From positions 28,148,001 through 28,212,000 of the forward strand of contig NW_027266275.1 of the NCBI RefSeq assembly GCF_022045235.1: a DNA stretch of 64,000 bases, in the 5' to 3' direction. Source of the DNA: Haliotis cracherodii. Lineage: Eukaryota. Position 1 is the first letter of the stretch. Each line of letters starts with the position of its first letter. Positions 1 to 13,000 of the stretch are shown here, one piece after another. Under the pieces are notes generated by a model that ran no database searches, was not told where the DNA came from, and was given only the letters and a program-made list of their open reading frames with translations. The translations under genes and the position numbers were made by a program.

Positions 1-74
1 AATTAGCACAGACACAACCAAATAGGACAGACAGTGACGTTAGATGAATAGGTTCTGTTTGTTACAATACTTGC

Positions 75-200
75 CTGTTCATAGTCTTCTGTAATAGTTT
101 TTGGTTCTTCATGTCTCTGGAACCACATCATGTATTTTGTATGGAACCTCCAAGATTGCTTTTTCAATGCTTTTGCTGCCAGGTATTGAGCCTTAGTACC
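75..200 (-). CDS. CNOT3: CNOT3 NOT-box exon ([10 protein letters not shown]...EDYEQ), GC donor
   Basis: Highly conserved peptide; homology ends at CAG|GCAAGT. Confidence 0.95.
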
Positions 201-3200
201 CTGTAAAATTGATAAACTTACAAATCACTGTACACCAACAGTAAACTAAACCACATAGATGTAAGTAAGCAGTTCAAACGTAATCAAAAGGTTCAAGCAC
301 ATTTCATGTCAATAAATAACATTGACTGACTGCTTGATCGTTGTTTAATGCTTCACTCAGCAATATTTCAGCTATATGACATTGATGTGTAATTAATCAA
401 GTCTGGACCAGACAATCCAATCAATAACAGCTCAATTCATCATATTTTTACTATGAAAACCAATGACATCTCCATTCAGTGGAAAAGTCAGCTAACTTGC
501 CAAACTTGAAAGCTGTGTAGGCAGCACCTCCAATCATTGTGAAGCAGGATTTTCTAGACAATGAGGACTTCACAATTACATTGTGTGTGTGAAGTGAGGG
601 GGGCTGTCTCAAAACATCAGGAATAAAGTTTCTTATTCTTCATTTACCTTTTGAACAGCTACCTAGTCAGAACTAAACAATTACATGAAGAGAAAAAAAC
701 TACTTGGGTTTAAGGGGATTAAATCGGAGGTAAGTGGACATGACAAAAAATGTCAGAACTTTCTCTTGTCGTATCTTCGGTATGTGACATAAGAAATGCT
801 CAAGCTGCAAACAGGTTATTTAAATAGTTTACTTTAGCTATCAACATGAGCATGGCATAAACATGATTAAGGCTAAGTTTCAAAATTAACAGCTCTACTT
901 AAAATCAGTCATCTATTGGCACAATGTCTTTACAGGTTCAATATTAACAGTGAATCAACACAAAGTGAATGTTTAATGCTGGTCAGCAATATTCCTGTGA
1001 CCGAGTACATAAAGAAGATCTGTAAATATCATGTCTGGATCAGGCAAACCAGTGACTGAAATCATCAACAACAATACATGCCATAGATGTCAAACACAAT
1101 CATCAAAACCACAGCACATATCTACACAATCCCCATTTTAGTTGTCTCACGGATGTTGAGACATTGTCATATTCATGATAACATATATTTACATGTGAAA
1201 AACCCCCAACTTGTTTCATAGATTATTACAAAGTAGAACAAAAGGGAAGAATAAATATTGATTTCAAAACAGAATCATGGCCATTACCATCATTTTATAA
1301 ATGATACTACCACCTCTCACAAGATGATCTTGGACAATAACATGTGTCCCTAACTTTTGATGTGGTAGGGTTTGTTAAGATACATGCAATTATTACGTTT
1401 CATGCCTGTAGATAGTAACCATGGCTCAGGTTACGGACAATAATAAAGCCATGTTAACCAAAAAAACTCAATTCTGGCCTTGACCCAAAATGCAAGACCC
1501 ATCCTGGAGATGGTGTATACTAAGTTTAACGATATAAGCCTTAATACTTTTTATAACAACCCTTGCACAGTAAAGGAAATAACTGATGACAAAACCTGAA
1601 AGAATATCCATTCAGATGAGGCTGCTGACTTGATGGGTTGGTTCCATGTTTAACACCGTACTCAGCAATATTCCAGCTATATGATGGCGGTCTGTAAATA
1701 ATCAAGTCAGGACCAGACAATTCAATGATTGATAGGCTGCTAACTGGACATCCATACTAGGTTCTGGATAAACCCCTAAATCAGGTGAGCAAACTGACTG
1801 CTGTATCATGTACCACTGGCTATGAATAATTAACTAAAGATGGTACAAAACATCAACAGTGTCGAAAAGCACCTATACCAACATACACTCACCTCCATGT
1901 AGTAAAAGATAAAGAATAGTGTTTCTGTTGACAATCTTTGGAAGAATTCTACGGAGTCAGCATGGGGAGGGGGGACTTGGGGATAGTACGAAGGTGTAGG
2001 GCATGGATTCCTTGGCAAGTAGTGCCTGTAACAATCAACATAGAATGAGATACAAGTTCAGTCACTAAAGTTTCTAAATCTTATAATATCATTTAATCAT
2101 GACACAAAAAGAACAGTTTCTTCGGGGCAATCAATAATTTGTGTTTTTGTTTTTTTTAATATAAGGTCTATAAAAGTCAAAATTTTAACAGAAGAATTAT
2201 CTTTCCTTGACTTAAAATATGTCGCATTGTTGCATTGTCTTCTGCCTACAGGTTGAAAAATATTCCAGCACGCTCCCCCTTCTTTTCTATTTTTTTGCCC
2301 AATAGAAAGAAAAGGAACTAAAATCATGTTGAATATTTTACAGCCACCATACCTTAATCTTTCAGAGTCTGAAGGATGAGGCAAATGATGAAAAGCAGCT
2401 TCTAACATAGAAAGCTGATAATAATGTTCTTTGCTGAGTGGCATGGGTCCAAGAGGTGCTACACCTAACAATGGATTTAAGTGGATGGTAGTGGTCTGCG
2501 GTGCCTGTTGCTGTTGTTGGACCGATGGCTGTTGTGCTGTGGATGTCGGCACCGACTGTGACTGCTGACTGGGGATGGTCTGTTCAGGTGATGGGGCGGT
2601 GGGCTGTGAAGGAGGGGCTTGTACTGTGGAGCTGAGAAACACACCTGAAAAATAAATTTTCCTATATACATATATGACCTTAATGGCAATCTACCACTCA
2701 CGTTTTTTTTTTATTTGACATAACCGTTTCATTTCACAGAATCTCCGAAAAGAAACTATTTGGGGAATAAAATCCACAAAAAGAGTGCAATGGCACTGTA
2801 GCTCACCTTGATATGTAGTCAACAGAGACAGACACTTAAAGAAGCTGCTGGCACTAATGTTTCTCAAATATATTCAGCATAAATTTGAACCTTTTGAACA
2901 AATTTGGGTGTCACCATTGGTGGGAACAAGCATGTGAAGTTAAGTTTCATTGGTCCAGCGGTTTCTGAGAGGAAGATGTTAATGAAGGATGATGGACAGG
3001 CTCACTTGACTTTCAGTAACAAACAATAGAACTGTAAGCTATTATTAAAATCAAATTCTTTAGTGATATGTGCTCATGGTTGTCCTTGAAAGATACCTTT
3101 GCTATCTGTTGTGACATGAGATGTTGGTATCTGACTCTCTAAACCTGCTTCAACAATTGCTTGCTGTGCCATTGATTTTAATGAAGACATCAATTCAGGA

Positions 3201-6200
3201 CTCTGAAACACAAAAGATGATTTCTGTCAGCAAAACAGTTTTTGTACTTGTTGATGCCACACTCCTGGTCATCTCCCTACCACTAGTACCAGACTAGCCT
3301 TAGTGCCATAAAAGATCATAATTACAAACAGAGCTGATGTTATGCGGGCCAGTCAGTAATTTACCAGCTACATATTGGAGGTACGTAAATAATCCAGTCT
3401 CTGCCAGGCAAAGCAGAGGTCCCACCTATAGCGATCTTTGTGCTAAGACGATCTTAACTCCCTTACTTCAACATAGACTTAGGACAGATGTAGTGCTAAT
3501 ATCGCTTTGTGGAACGGACCCATGTTCGACAAAGGTCAAATCTTGCAAGGATGGTGTTCTACATAGCCACTGGTTCCCTGGCATCTCAAAGCATAATTAC
3601 TCAAAATTAGAACCAGCCAACAAATGAATTCAACTTGCCTGTAATGATGGCCCAACAACAGTAAGGGGACCATTCATTGCCAACGGAGCATCAGTCTTAA
3701 GTTGTGACTGTGACAAGATTAATGTTGTTGATGATGCTGTAGAGTTGGTGGAGCCTATGGGTGAAGGTGCTGCAGCGCCACTCATTAACGGTGACGGTGC
3801 TGATGGTACAGACGGATTTCCCGATGAGTTTAACACAGAGACAGAGTTGACACTGGTTGATACAGAGTTAGGGGTACCATTTGTTGTTGCACTGCTTGCC
3901 GCTGCCACATGGTCTAAAGAGTTGCCTGTGGGCTTAGCATCTACAATACAACAGCATGTCATAGCCTCAAATCAATATACACAGTCAATTTGTCAACATC
4001 AAAATAATATGGAAGTGACATGTACAATAAAAGCTGTCTTACCTATAACCTGTAAATTGATTGATGTACAACACAAACATTTAAACAATTTGCAAATTGT
4101 TTTTTTGTAAGTGGTGCATTTGTCATTAACAGAACAGTGTGAGAATCATCCACCAATAAAGTGCTTCACAGAACAGAAGCCAAGGCAGGCCAATTACCAC
4201 AACATTCACTGGACAACTGTCAAATAGCGTGGACCTTTGTACAGAAACTGGTCACAAGAATAATTAATTAATGCAAGTACTTTCTGGCAAGTTCTACACT
4301 ATCTAGGCCTGACACTATATCTCTTCAGAAGGGGTTGCATAAACCAAGTGGCCTTCCACCCCAACCATCAGGCATATGTCCCAAAACAGCAAATGCAATG
4401 AGGAAAACCACAGCCCTAAAGCCATTCCTAGATATTTCTTAAATTCAGCAAGATCTAAGCAAAAGGGCATCGGCATAAGCTAGCAGTATAATAGAGAGAA
4501 CAGGCCATGTGACAGCTGCCAGTATGTTGGATGTCCCGACCATCAGGCAGGGTGGTCAGACAGACAGACAGATGGACAGACAAGACTGATGGACGGGCAG
4601 ATGGCTTACCCTGGAGGAAGCTACTGTGAGCAGAGGCATTTCGCTGCCCCCACACAGAAGGGATGGAATGGGAGAGCCGTGGAATGGGAGTACCTACAAG
4701 ATACAAGTGCTAGTGTTAATGGAGTCAGTCAGTGTGGAGCTGTTGTACTTGTACTGCTCTCCCTCCCAGTGGGCCCTTCAGTGTCAACACAACTGAAACA
4801 ACTAGGTGGCTGGCAGGCACGCAGGCAGGCAGACAGGCAGGCAGGCAGTCAGCACGTAGGTTACACAGAATGTTAGCAGGTATTGGTACAAGTAGTAGTA
4901 GCAGAGTCAAGGAGATTCACAACTGCTGTAGTCTTAATGATTCAAGCTTGTTACTGCTGAAAGAAAAGTCAGTGACATGCAATGCCATAACATACCTAGT
5001 CAGCTAGCTACCAGTCCTGAAGCTATATTAGTGGAGTATGTAAACAGAGGTAGAACATTACTGCCTGCTTTGTAATTCCAGACAATTTTTTAAGGATGAA
5101 AAATAAAATTCCTTCTGTAAGAACCTGACTGAATCCCCCCCCCCACCCCCACCCTACACTCAAAACACACTTCAACATCTCAAAACAATAATTTTTTTAG
5201 AAATTCCCTTACCTTTCTCTGGTAATCAAGAATAGTCTTAGATAAAGTAAGAATAGAACAAACTGCCTTTGTCAAAATCATTATAATGTTTATATACTAA
5301 AGTAATATTTTTTTCCTCTAAACCAGTTCTAAGTGCATAAATGTATGCAATCAAATACCAGCAATTTTCCCTGAAGATTTCATCCTTTTGAATAATCAAC
5401 TGGAACCACAAGAATTATTTCCCATCACCATGTTACCTGGAGCAGTAGAAGAGGGTTTTCATCATGCATACTGACAGACTGCTCAGACAACAGTGTTAAG
5501 CTGCCACCATCGGTTACATCTCACACAAATATGGGAAACAATCAACAGAACAATTTCCATCTTCTTATAAAAGAAGAATCAGCAATTGCAGATTGAGAAG
5601 TACAGATTTGAAAAGTGTGTTGCACATCCTTGCTTTTGAATCACCTAAAGTGGCTGATGTATTCTTTCTATAATATAACAAAAAGTATTTCATTGTTTTT
5701 ATACCTCAGAACAGGAGGTTAAACATTTCTTTCGTAAAGTTTTCAAAAACCTTTTCTCAAAGGAAGAATGTGAACACAAAATCAAACCTGCGTTAAGCTG
5801 AACTATGTGAGAAAACCAAAACGGTGCTGAAACTGTGTGAAAGTTCTTACCCGGTGCACTGTTCTGACTGCTGGCAGCCGCTGCGTATGCTGTGAGAGGA
5901 GGGGTTGGAGTCGTGGGATGGTGATTGCTAGAACTACTGTCAGAATTTTGAGAATGGGGGTTACTGAAAAAGAAATATAATATGCTTACTGACAATAGAT
6001 GTAAACAAGAGTCATCAGAAGATGGCCCCAACAAATTCAAAAGAACAAATTCATCTAACTGTTTAGTCCAACTTGATTTCAATCTAATCTGTGTCCGTAT
6101 ACAAGAGTAGTTAGTAAACTATCAAAACAATACCATGGAATTGGGATTTGAAACTTTGTATTTCTACATACAGATACACACCACTATGAACAGCCAAAGT

Positions 6201-7005
6201 CAAACTTGTTCCATGGAAATGGAAAAAACATAAATTCTAAACACCGATAAGTAGCAAAAGGCACCATTTTAGCCCTTTGTTCATATATGTACCAAGTTTG
6301 GATGAAAAATGTTGAATAGTGTTCTGATCTGGAAACCTCACCAACCTCCATTTCAGCCAAATTCCTAAACAGCAAAAGGCACCACTTCAGCCCTTGGATA
6401 ATACATGTACCAGGTTTGGATGAAAAGACTTTCACAGTTTTTAGGTGAGATGAGGTGAAATGGGGTTTAACGTCACGTCCAAGATTATTGCACTTTTATA
6501 GAGACGTGCACGTACGTGTGTGTTTGTGTGGCTGCATGTACTAGTCCGGACTGATTTAGCAGATTTATAGTGCTAGCACACTGAGATATCATGCCGCAGT
6601 TTAACATGAATATCGGTACCCCACTCAGACACAGTACACTGACTCCGAGCCCACCAGTCCTTGTTTTAGCCCCTTAATGCCGAGCGCCAGACAGGGTTAC
6701 AACAAGTACCATCTTTTAACGCCTTTTGGTATGACGCGGCTGGGGATCGAACCCCCGACCTTCCGCTCTACCACTAGACCACGGAGGCGGTCTTCACAAT
6801 TTTTAAATTATGCTCGGGAAATGACACCTACCCCCACCCCTTTTGAAACTAAGTCCAAATTGTTCCCATGGAAATCAAGAAAAATAAAAATTGCCAAAAA
6901 TCTTTTATAGCAAAAAAACACTTCAGGATTTGTTTGATAAGTCTGCCAAGTTTTGTTGAAAGATATTGAATGTTTTTTTAGTTACGCTCTTGAAACGAAA
7001 TGATT

Positions 7006-7056
<51 letters not shown>

Positions 7057-10000
7057 GGGGAGATAAAAAAGATACATCATATAGAATAAAGTTTGATACT
7101 ATTGAGAAAAGACAATAAAACCATCCCTTACATATGATGAGTGAATTTAGTTTAATGACACAGTAAGTAATCATTCCATTTACATCATGTCAGCCTGTAA
7201 GAGTTGAGTAAGGACAGACATCACTGAACACAAGCATAGGTTCACAAGCCATGCCACTGAGCTAAAATGACATGCCACTGAGCTAAAATGACAATCAGCC
7301 AAGACAACAAACATAGGCTACTGGGATCAATTTAAACTCCCATTGCGCCATTTATGGTCAATGGCGCTCTTTGCAATCAGTTAACAGACAGCACACGAAA
7401 AAAACATCAAATTTGTGATGTCAAATACAAAATCAAGTTCATATGAGAGGATCGCCTGAAGTGATGCAGTTCTTAAATAACTAGAAACATGATCAGGGTG
7501 AACCCAGGAATTGAACACACTATCATATGTTTCTGTCATGCTTAAGGGATGCAACACAGGCCTTCCAGAGTAAAACAAAGATTAGACCCTTTGGGACAAA
7601 ATAGTTTGCTCACAATCTCTGTGCTAAACTAGAAGCAGGGGAGATAACTTTTCTGTGAAAAGTAGATGTAACACTCCTTGAGGCTGAAGTTTTCACCACT
7701 CACCTTTGAGTTGTCTGTTTTGAAGGCGTGGTCTGTTTGTTACTCATTGTTATTGTTGGTGTCAATGACTGATTGCTTCGCAGCTTCTGGAAGTCATAAA
7801 ATTTATTTTTTTACACACTATAAATATTAAATAGAATTAATCATACTTAAACCATTTAACGCGACATCCAAGATTATTGTACTTATATTGCGACGCACGC
7901 ATATGTCTGGCTGCTTGTACTAGTTCGGACTAATGCAGATTTTGTAGTGATAGCCCACCGTGATACCATGTCGCAGTTTAACATGAATGACCAACTCAGA
8001 AACAGTTTACTGACTCCAAGCCAACCAGTATTTATTTTAGCCTCTTAATGCAAACACCAGGCAGGGTAACAACAAGTACCAAAAGTCTTTTGGTACGACA
8101 CGGACGGGGATCAAACCCGTAACCTTCCGCTCTCCAGGCAGGCACTCTACAACTAGACCATGGAGCGGTCATTTACCAATCAAGCATCATGCAATTGAAA
8201 TGTTGAAAAGATAAACATAGTCTTTTTCTGTGAGATATGTTACTTGAATGTTATCATGAACAAAATATATTCAAGTGTATGGCTTTGAGAGTGTAACACT
8301 CCAAAAGTAAATACAGCATATAAACCAAACATATGTCGTTGGTGGAATTAAACAGAATCACGGCATATGCTATTCATCGAAAGGTTATCATGATCTATCA
8401 TGATCACTGTGATACTGGAAGTAGGTCAGATGAGAATGAGAATGTCACTGTGTTGTTTCCTTCATCCTTTTATTAATATCACCATTAATACAGGCCTGAC
8501 ACAAGAATTTAAGAGTGAGTGAGTGAGTGAGTGAGTGAGTGAGTGAGAGTGAGTGAGTATGGTTTTACGCCGCTTTTAGCAATATTCCAGCAATATCACG
8601 GCGGGGGACACCAGAAATGGGCTTCACACATTGTACCCATGTCAGGAATCGAACACTGAGTCTTTGGCGTGACGAGCAAATGCTGTAACCACAAGGCTAC
8701 CCGACCGCCCCGAAAGAATTTAAGAAGTTCAATGCAATGAGTCACCACAGAAAAGAATTACATGAAGCTTACTCCACAGCGAGATTGACCTTAAACATAG
8801 GTCACTCAGAACCTGTTCAATGTATGTCCCCACCCTAAAGATGGCATGTCTATGTTTTGTTCACCTACAGTTAATCCCCCTAAGTTAGATGGTAACAAAT
8901 GTTTAGGCCATGATATTGAAGATGACCTTGACCTATAACATGACTGATCAATGTGGCAAATAGATTTCCCAGGGCTATCAAGGTGATGCACGTGGTATGA
9001 CATCTCTGAGATCTCCAAGCACTGCATGGTTTCAAAAACAGCGACAGCAGTCAAATTAAGTCAAAACCTTACATGATGCTGCTTAATGGGTAAAGCATCA
9101 TGGAAACAGGAAGACAAAGTCATCAATATGCCCCACAATGGTAAATACTTGACGTGAAGAAACTCGTTGCCACGGAAACTCAAAAACATACCAAACTATC
9201 AAAAGGCACCATATCACAACCAGAACCATCTACATGTATGTGCCAAGTTTGGTGAAGAAATATTAATCTTATGTTTACAAGATCTGTTTCGGAAACGAGC
9301 ACCACCACCATTTTTAGCTTAAGTCAACATGGTCAAATTTGTTGCCAAGGTAACTAAAACAAAATAAGGTTTTCAAAAATCCCATACCACCAGTTCACAA
9401 CTAGACCAAATATTAAATGTACCAAATTTGTATAAAAAACCATTTACGGTTTTTCAGATCTGCCTGAAGACGAGCACTACCGCCATTTCAAGCTTAAGTC
9501 ACAGATGTTGCCATGGAAACTCCCAATTATTTTTTTTAAAGAAATCCCAAACTATCAAAAGGCACCAGTTCACTGCTAGACCAATCTATGTACCAAGTTT
9601 GAGGAAGAAATATTGTACGGTTTTCAAGATCTGCTCCGAAAATGATGTCCACTTTAATACCCCCCACAAAACATGTTGCAGGGGATAAAAATATAATTCT
9701 GAATATTGTAGGGATATTTTGTACATGTAATCACTACAAAATGCCTACTAATAAGCAAGATTAAGAAACAAGCACATTTCTTTCAATATTGTTAGCTTCC
9801 TGGGTGACGCAGTCATCAAAATCACTTTTTTCAGTCAGGGATGATTGTGATTTGAAACCTGATTGATCAATCAGAATTGAGTATTATCCAAATTCATGGT
9901 AGAATTTTAAGAATTAATAGTTGGCACCCCTACCTCATCTGGCTGTGATTTATGCCTCTTCCTCTCAACTTCTTCAGACTTGTCCTGAAAAACACACACC

Positions 10001-13000
10001 TACATTTCAGTTAACAACTGCTCTATATTACAAGTAAAATTATACAAGAAGATATCAGAGTTTGTTCATCATTACTTTAGCTTGTCATCAATGCTTACCT
10101 CTGATTGCGCACTCCCTGTGGAATGGTTAACACTTGGACTAGGTGAAGGGGAACTTGAGTTTGTTGATGTCGGCGTGCTCATTGCCATTGTCATCAGTTT
10201 CTCTGCATCCTCGTTTTCAGGGGGTGATGATGGCTGTAGTGTACCTGAAACACAAAGGAATCATGGAAATTCCACATGCAGAACACCATGTCACAGTAAT
10301 CCACATCCCATCTTTATCATGTCTGGTGGAATGGGCGTTGTCCCACTCGCCCGGCACCGTTTCATATGTTGTTTCACCCATCAACTTTAAAGAGAGTCTG
10401 ACAATAGTCTGTATACTAGTTTTCAATGCAAAAGCAATTTGAAATACATCATAGATACAGTAACTTTTTACACAATTTTCAGGTGTGATGCTGCACCCGG
10501 GTACTCAACAGCACATTTCTGTCCATTCTCTAAGTCTCTTGTATATGGCCAGGGTATTTCTGAACATACTTCCACACAGACAGGCCATAGTGTGGTTGGA
10601 TTAGTGAGCGATTCTTCTAAGGGCATTATGGGCAGCAAGCTTATAGTCAGTAAAGATGCTGAAAGGGTTTAGTTGAAGCTGCAGGTATCCGACATGAGAT
10701 TTAATCGAACTGAATAACCTTTCATAAATCGGAAAAACATATGAATTAATATATTAAATGTTTTCACTTGTTACATTTAATTGTATTTAGGAGTTGGATA
10801 AATTTGGTGAAATAAATTCATGAGGTGAGATAATACACCAGACTCACAGCAGGGCTCGACTTAAGGAACTTGATTTAACTTGCACCATGTGCATATTGAC
10901 ATGAAAATATAGTTGCAACAGGAAAAACTAGGATGCACCCGGGTCCCATAAATGTATCATAGTAAATATCTGATCTTTGATAACACAACATGTAAGACAG
11001 ACTATAGCCGGCTAAACACTGATACATTATCCCTAATCCCCTTCAGTCTGCCGGGTGAGTGGGACTGACCAAAGTCAGACTGTAACAAATTGAGTCTTTG
11101 CAGGACGAACCTGAGGTTGATGAGGAACATTCAGGTAAATGACAGAACAAGTTACATGCTCCAATTGCTTTAGGCTTAAAAAAATAAAAGAATTGGTCCT
11201 CAGGCAATGTTTTTTGAAAATATAGCGCAGGTGGGCGGTGTTTTTTTGGTTTTATTAGGTTGTTCAAACTAGAATATAACCAAATAACAGCTGTGTAACC
11301 AAAAAAACAACTGTATACACTCAACCTTGGAAAGGGTCTCCTTACATAAATGTATTCCTTAATGAGTAAAATATTGGAATAGAGTATTGGACATGGAATA
11401 TTTAACAATTTAAAAAAAAAAAAATGGAAACAAAAACGAAAAGTGCGGCAAACTTTATAATGCCTGAGAACCAAGACTATTATTTGTCTTAGCCTTTACA
11501 CTGATTCAAGATTGATAAACAAATAGGCATGCTGTGGGCAGGTTTCCAGCTTCGGCCTCCAAACAAAAACTTTACCATTCTCACCTATCTCCTCCAGATC
11601 TAGGTCATCATACACAAACATATTTTCTTCAAAGTCTGGTTCTTGGTTGGATTCAACATAATACTCAACATCATCTTTGATCTTCTTTATCTGAAAAATG
11701 AAGGCATTTCTCTGTCATTAACGTCTTACAAAAGTAAATTAAATGCTGCCTTTGTTAGAAACATCATGTTTGATTGAGAGACAATGTGATATTAGCAATG
11801 ATGAGACACTATAGTTCTCTAACCTGGTCTGGTGTTATGGCATCATTATCCACCATCCTCATGACCATCTCCAGCTTTTGAATGTGGACTTTGTGTCTGT
11901 CTTGCCAGCTCTTCAACTCATCCAGTTTCTCATGCTTCAGACAAATTCAATATTCATTAAGGTATCGAGAAATTATTAATTTACATTTTACTTAATAGTT
12001 GACATTGGAGTGTTTGAGAAGAGAGTAATCCTTGGATAAGCCATGAAAAGTCAACATTCATTAATGTAGTGGCTAGTAGTGTTTCGACTGATTTCGAACT
12101 GAAACTGAACTGTCACCTACTAAAAACTCAACTGTTACTCAATTCTTCCATCATGGTAACAACCTAATTGCACAAAAGGCATGGGTAAAATTTCCTCCTC
12201 TTATATTGTCATTGTAAATGTTATATTTGGTACAACATACATACTATCAAATTGTACTTTCACTACCATAAGCAACTTGCATACCTCAGTTTTCTTTCTC
12301 TTGGATGTGCACGTTAATGTCTCCAGTTCACTTTCAAACTGATCAAGCTGGACATTGAGATTATCAATCATGTGCTGCAAAACATGAAACAATTCTCTAT
12401 AAAAGCATTTATATCACCTCCATTCCTGTATTTGGCACCCTCACCTAGATACCTACATATACTATTGACTATCTTTAAGTTCATGACCTTAAGTATAATA
12501 CATATATTCAGTCACTACAATCATTAAATAAGGTAACCAAGACATTTTTCAAAACTGTCAGCTCTAAAACAACCTTGTACCAATCCTTGAAAATATTTAG
12601 TTAGATGCCCAGAAACTATCTGGAATGAGAGACATAACAAGAGTCATCAGAAGATGACAAATCCCCCCGTCCCCCACAAATTCGAAAGAACAAATCTTCT
12701 GACTGTCACTTTAAGTCCATCTTGATGGGAGAATTTCTATCAAATGTGTGTGTCCATATACAAGAGTAGTTATTGAGCTATCAAAACGATACCATGGAAT
12801 TGGGATTCAGGACTTCATATGTTAGGTACGGTACATACCACTATGAACAGAGTCAAAGTCAAACTTTTTACCATGGAAAAAGATTTTTTTTTAAATCCCT
12901 AAATAGCAAAAGGTGCAAGTTGACAATCTGGTCCTTGTGTGTGCACAGTTTCAAGAGAATAATTATTAGTTTTAAAGATATGGTCCGAAAACACTACCAA

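Noticed and set aside
10005-10075. Box C/D snoRNA (ATGATGA...CTGA on the minus strand)
   Set aside because: Weak terminal stem, D box only about 20 nt from the acceptor, and no recognisable rRNA guide.
10250-10430. Extra CNOT3 exon in a GC-richer intronic patch
   Set aside because: The candidate acceptors give immediate in-frame stops and there is no good donor.
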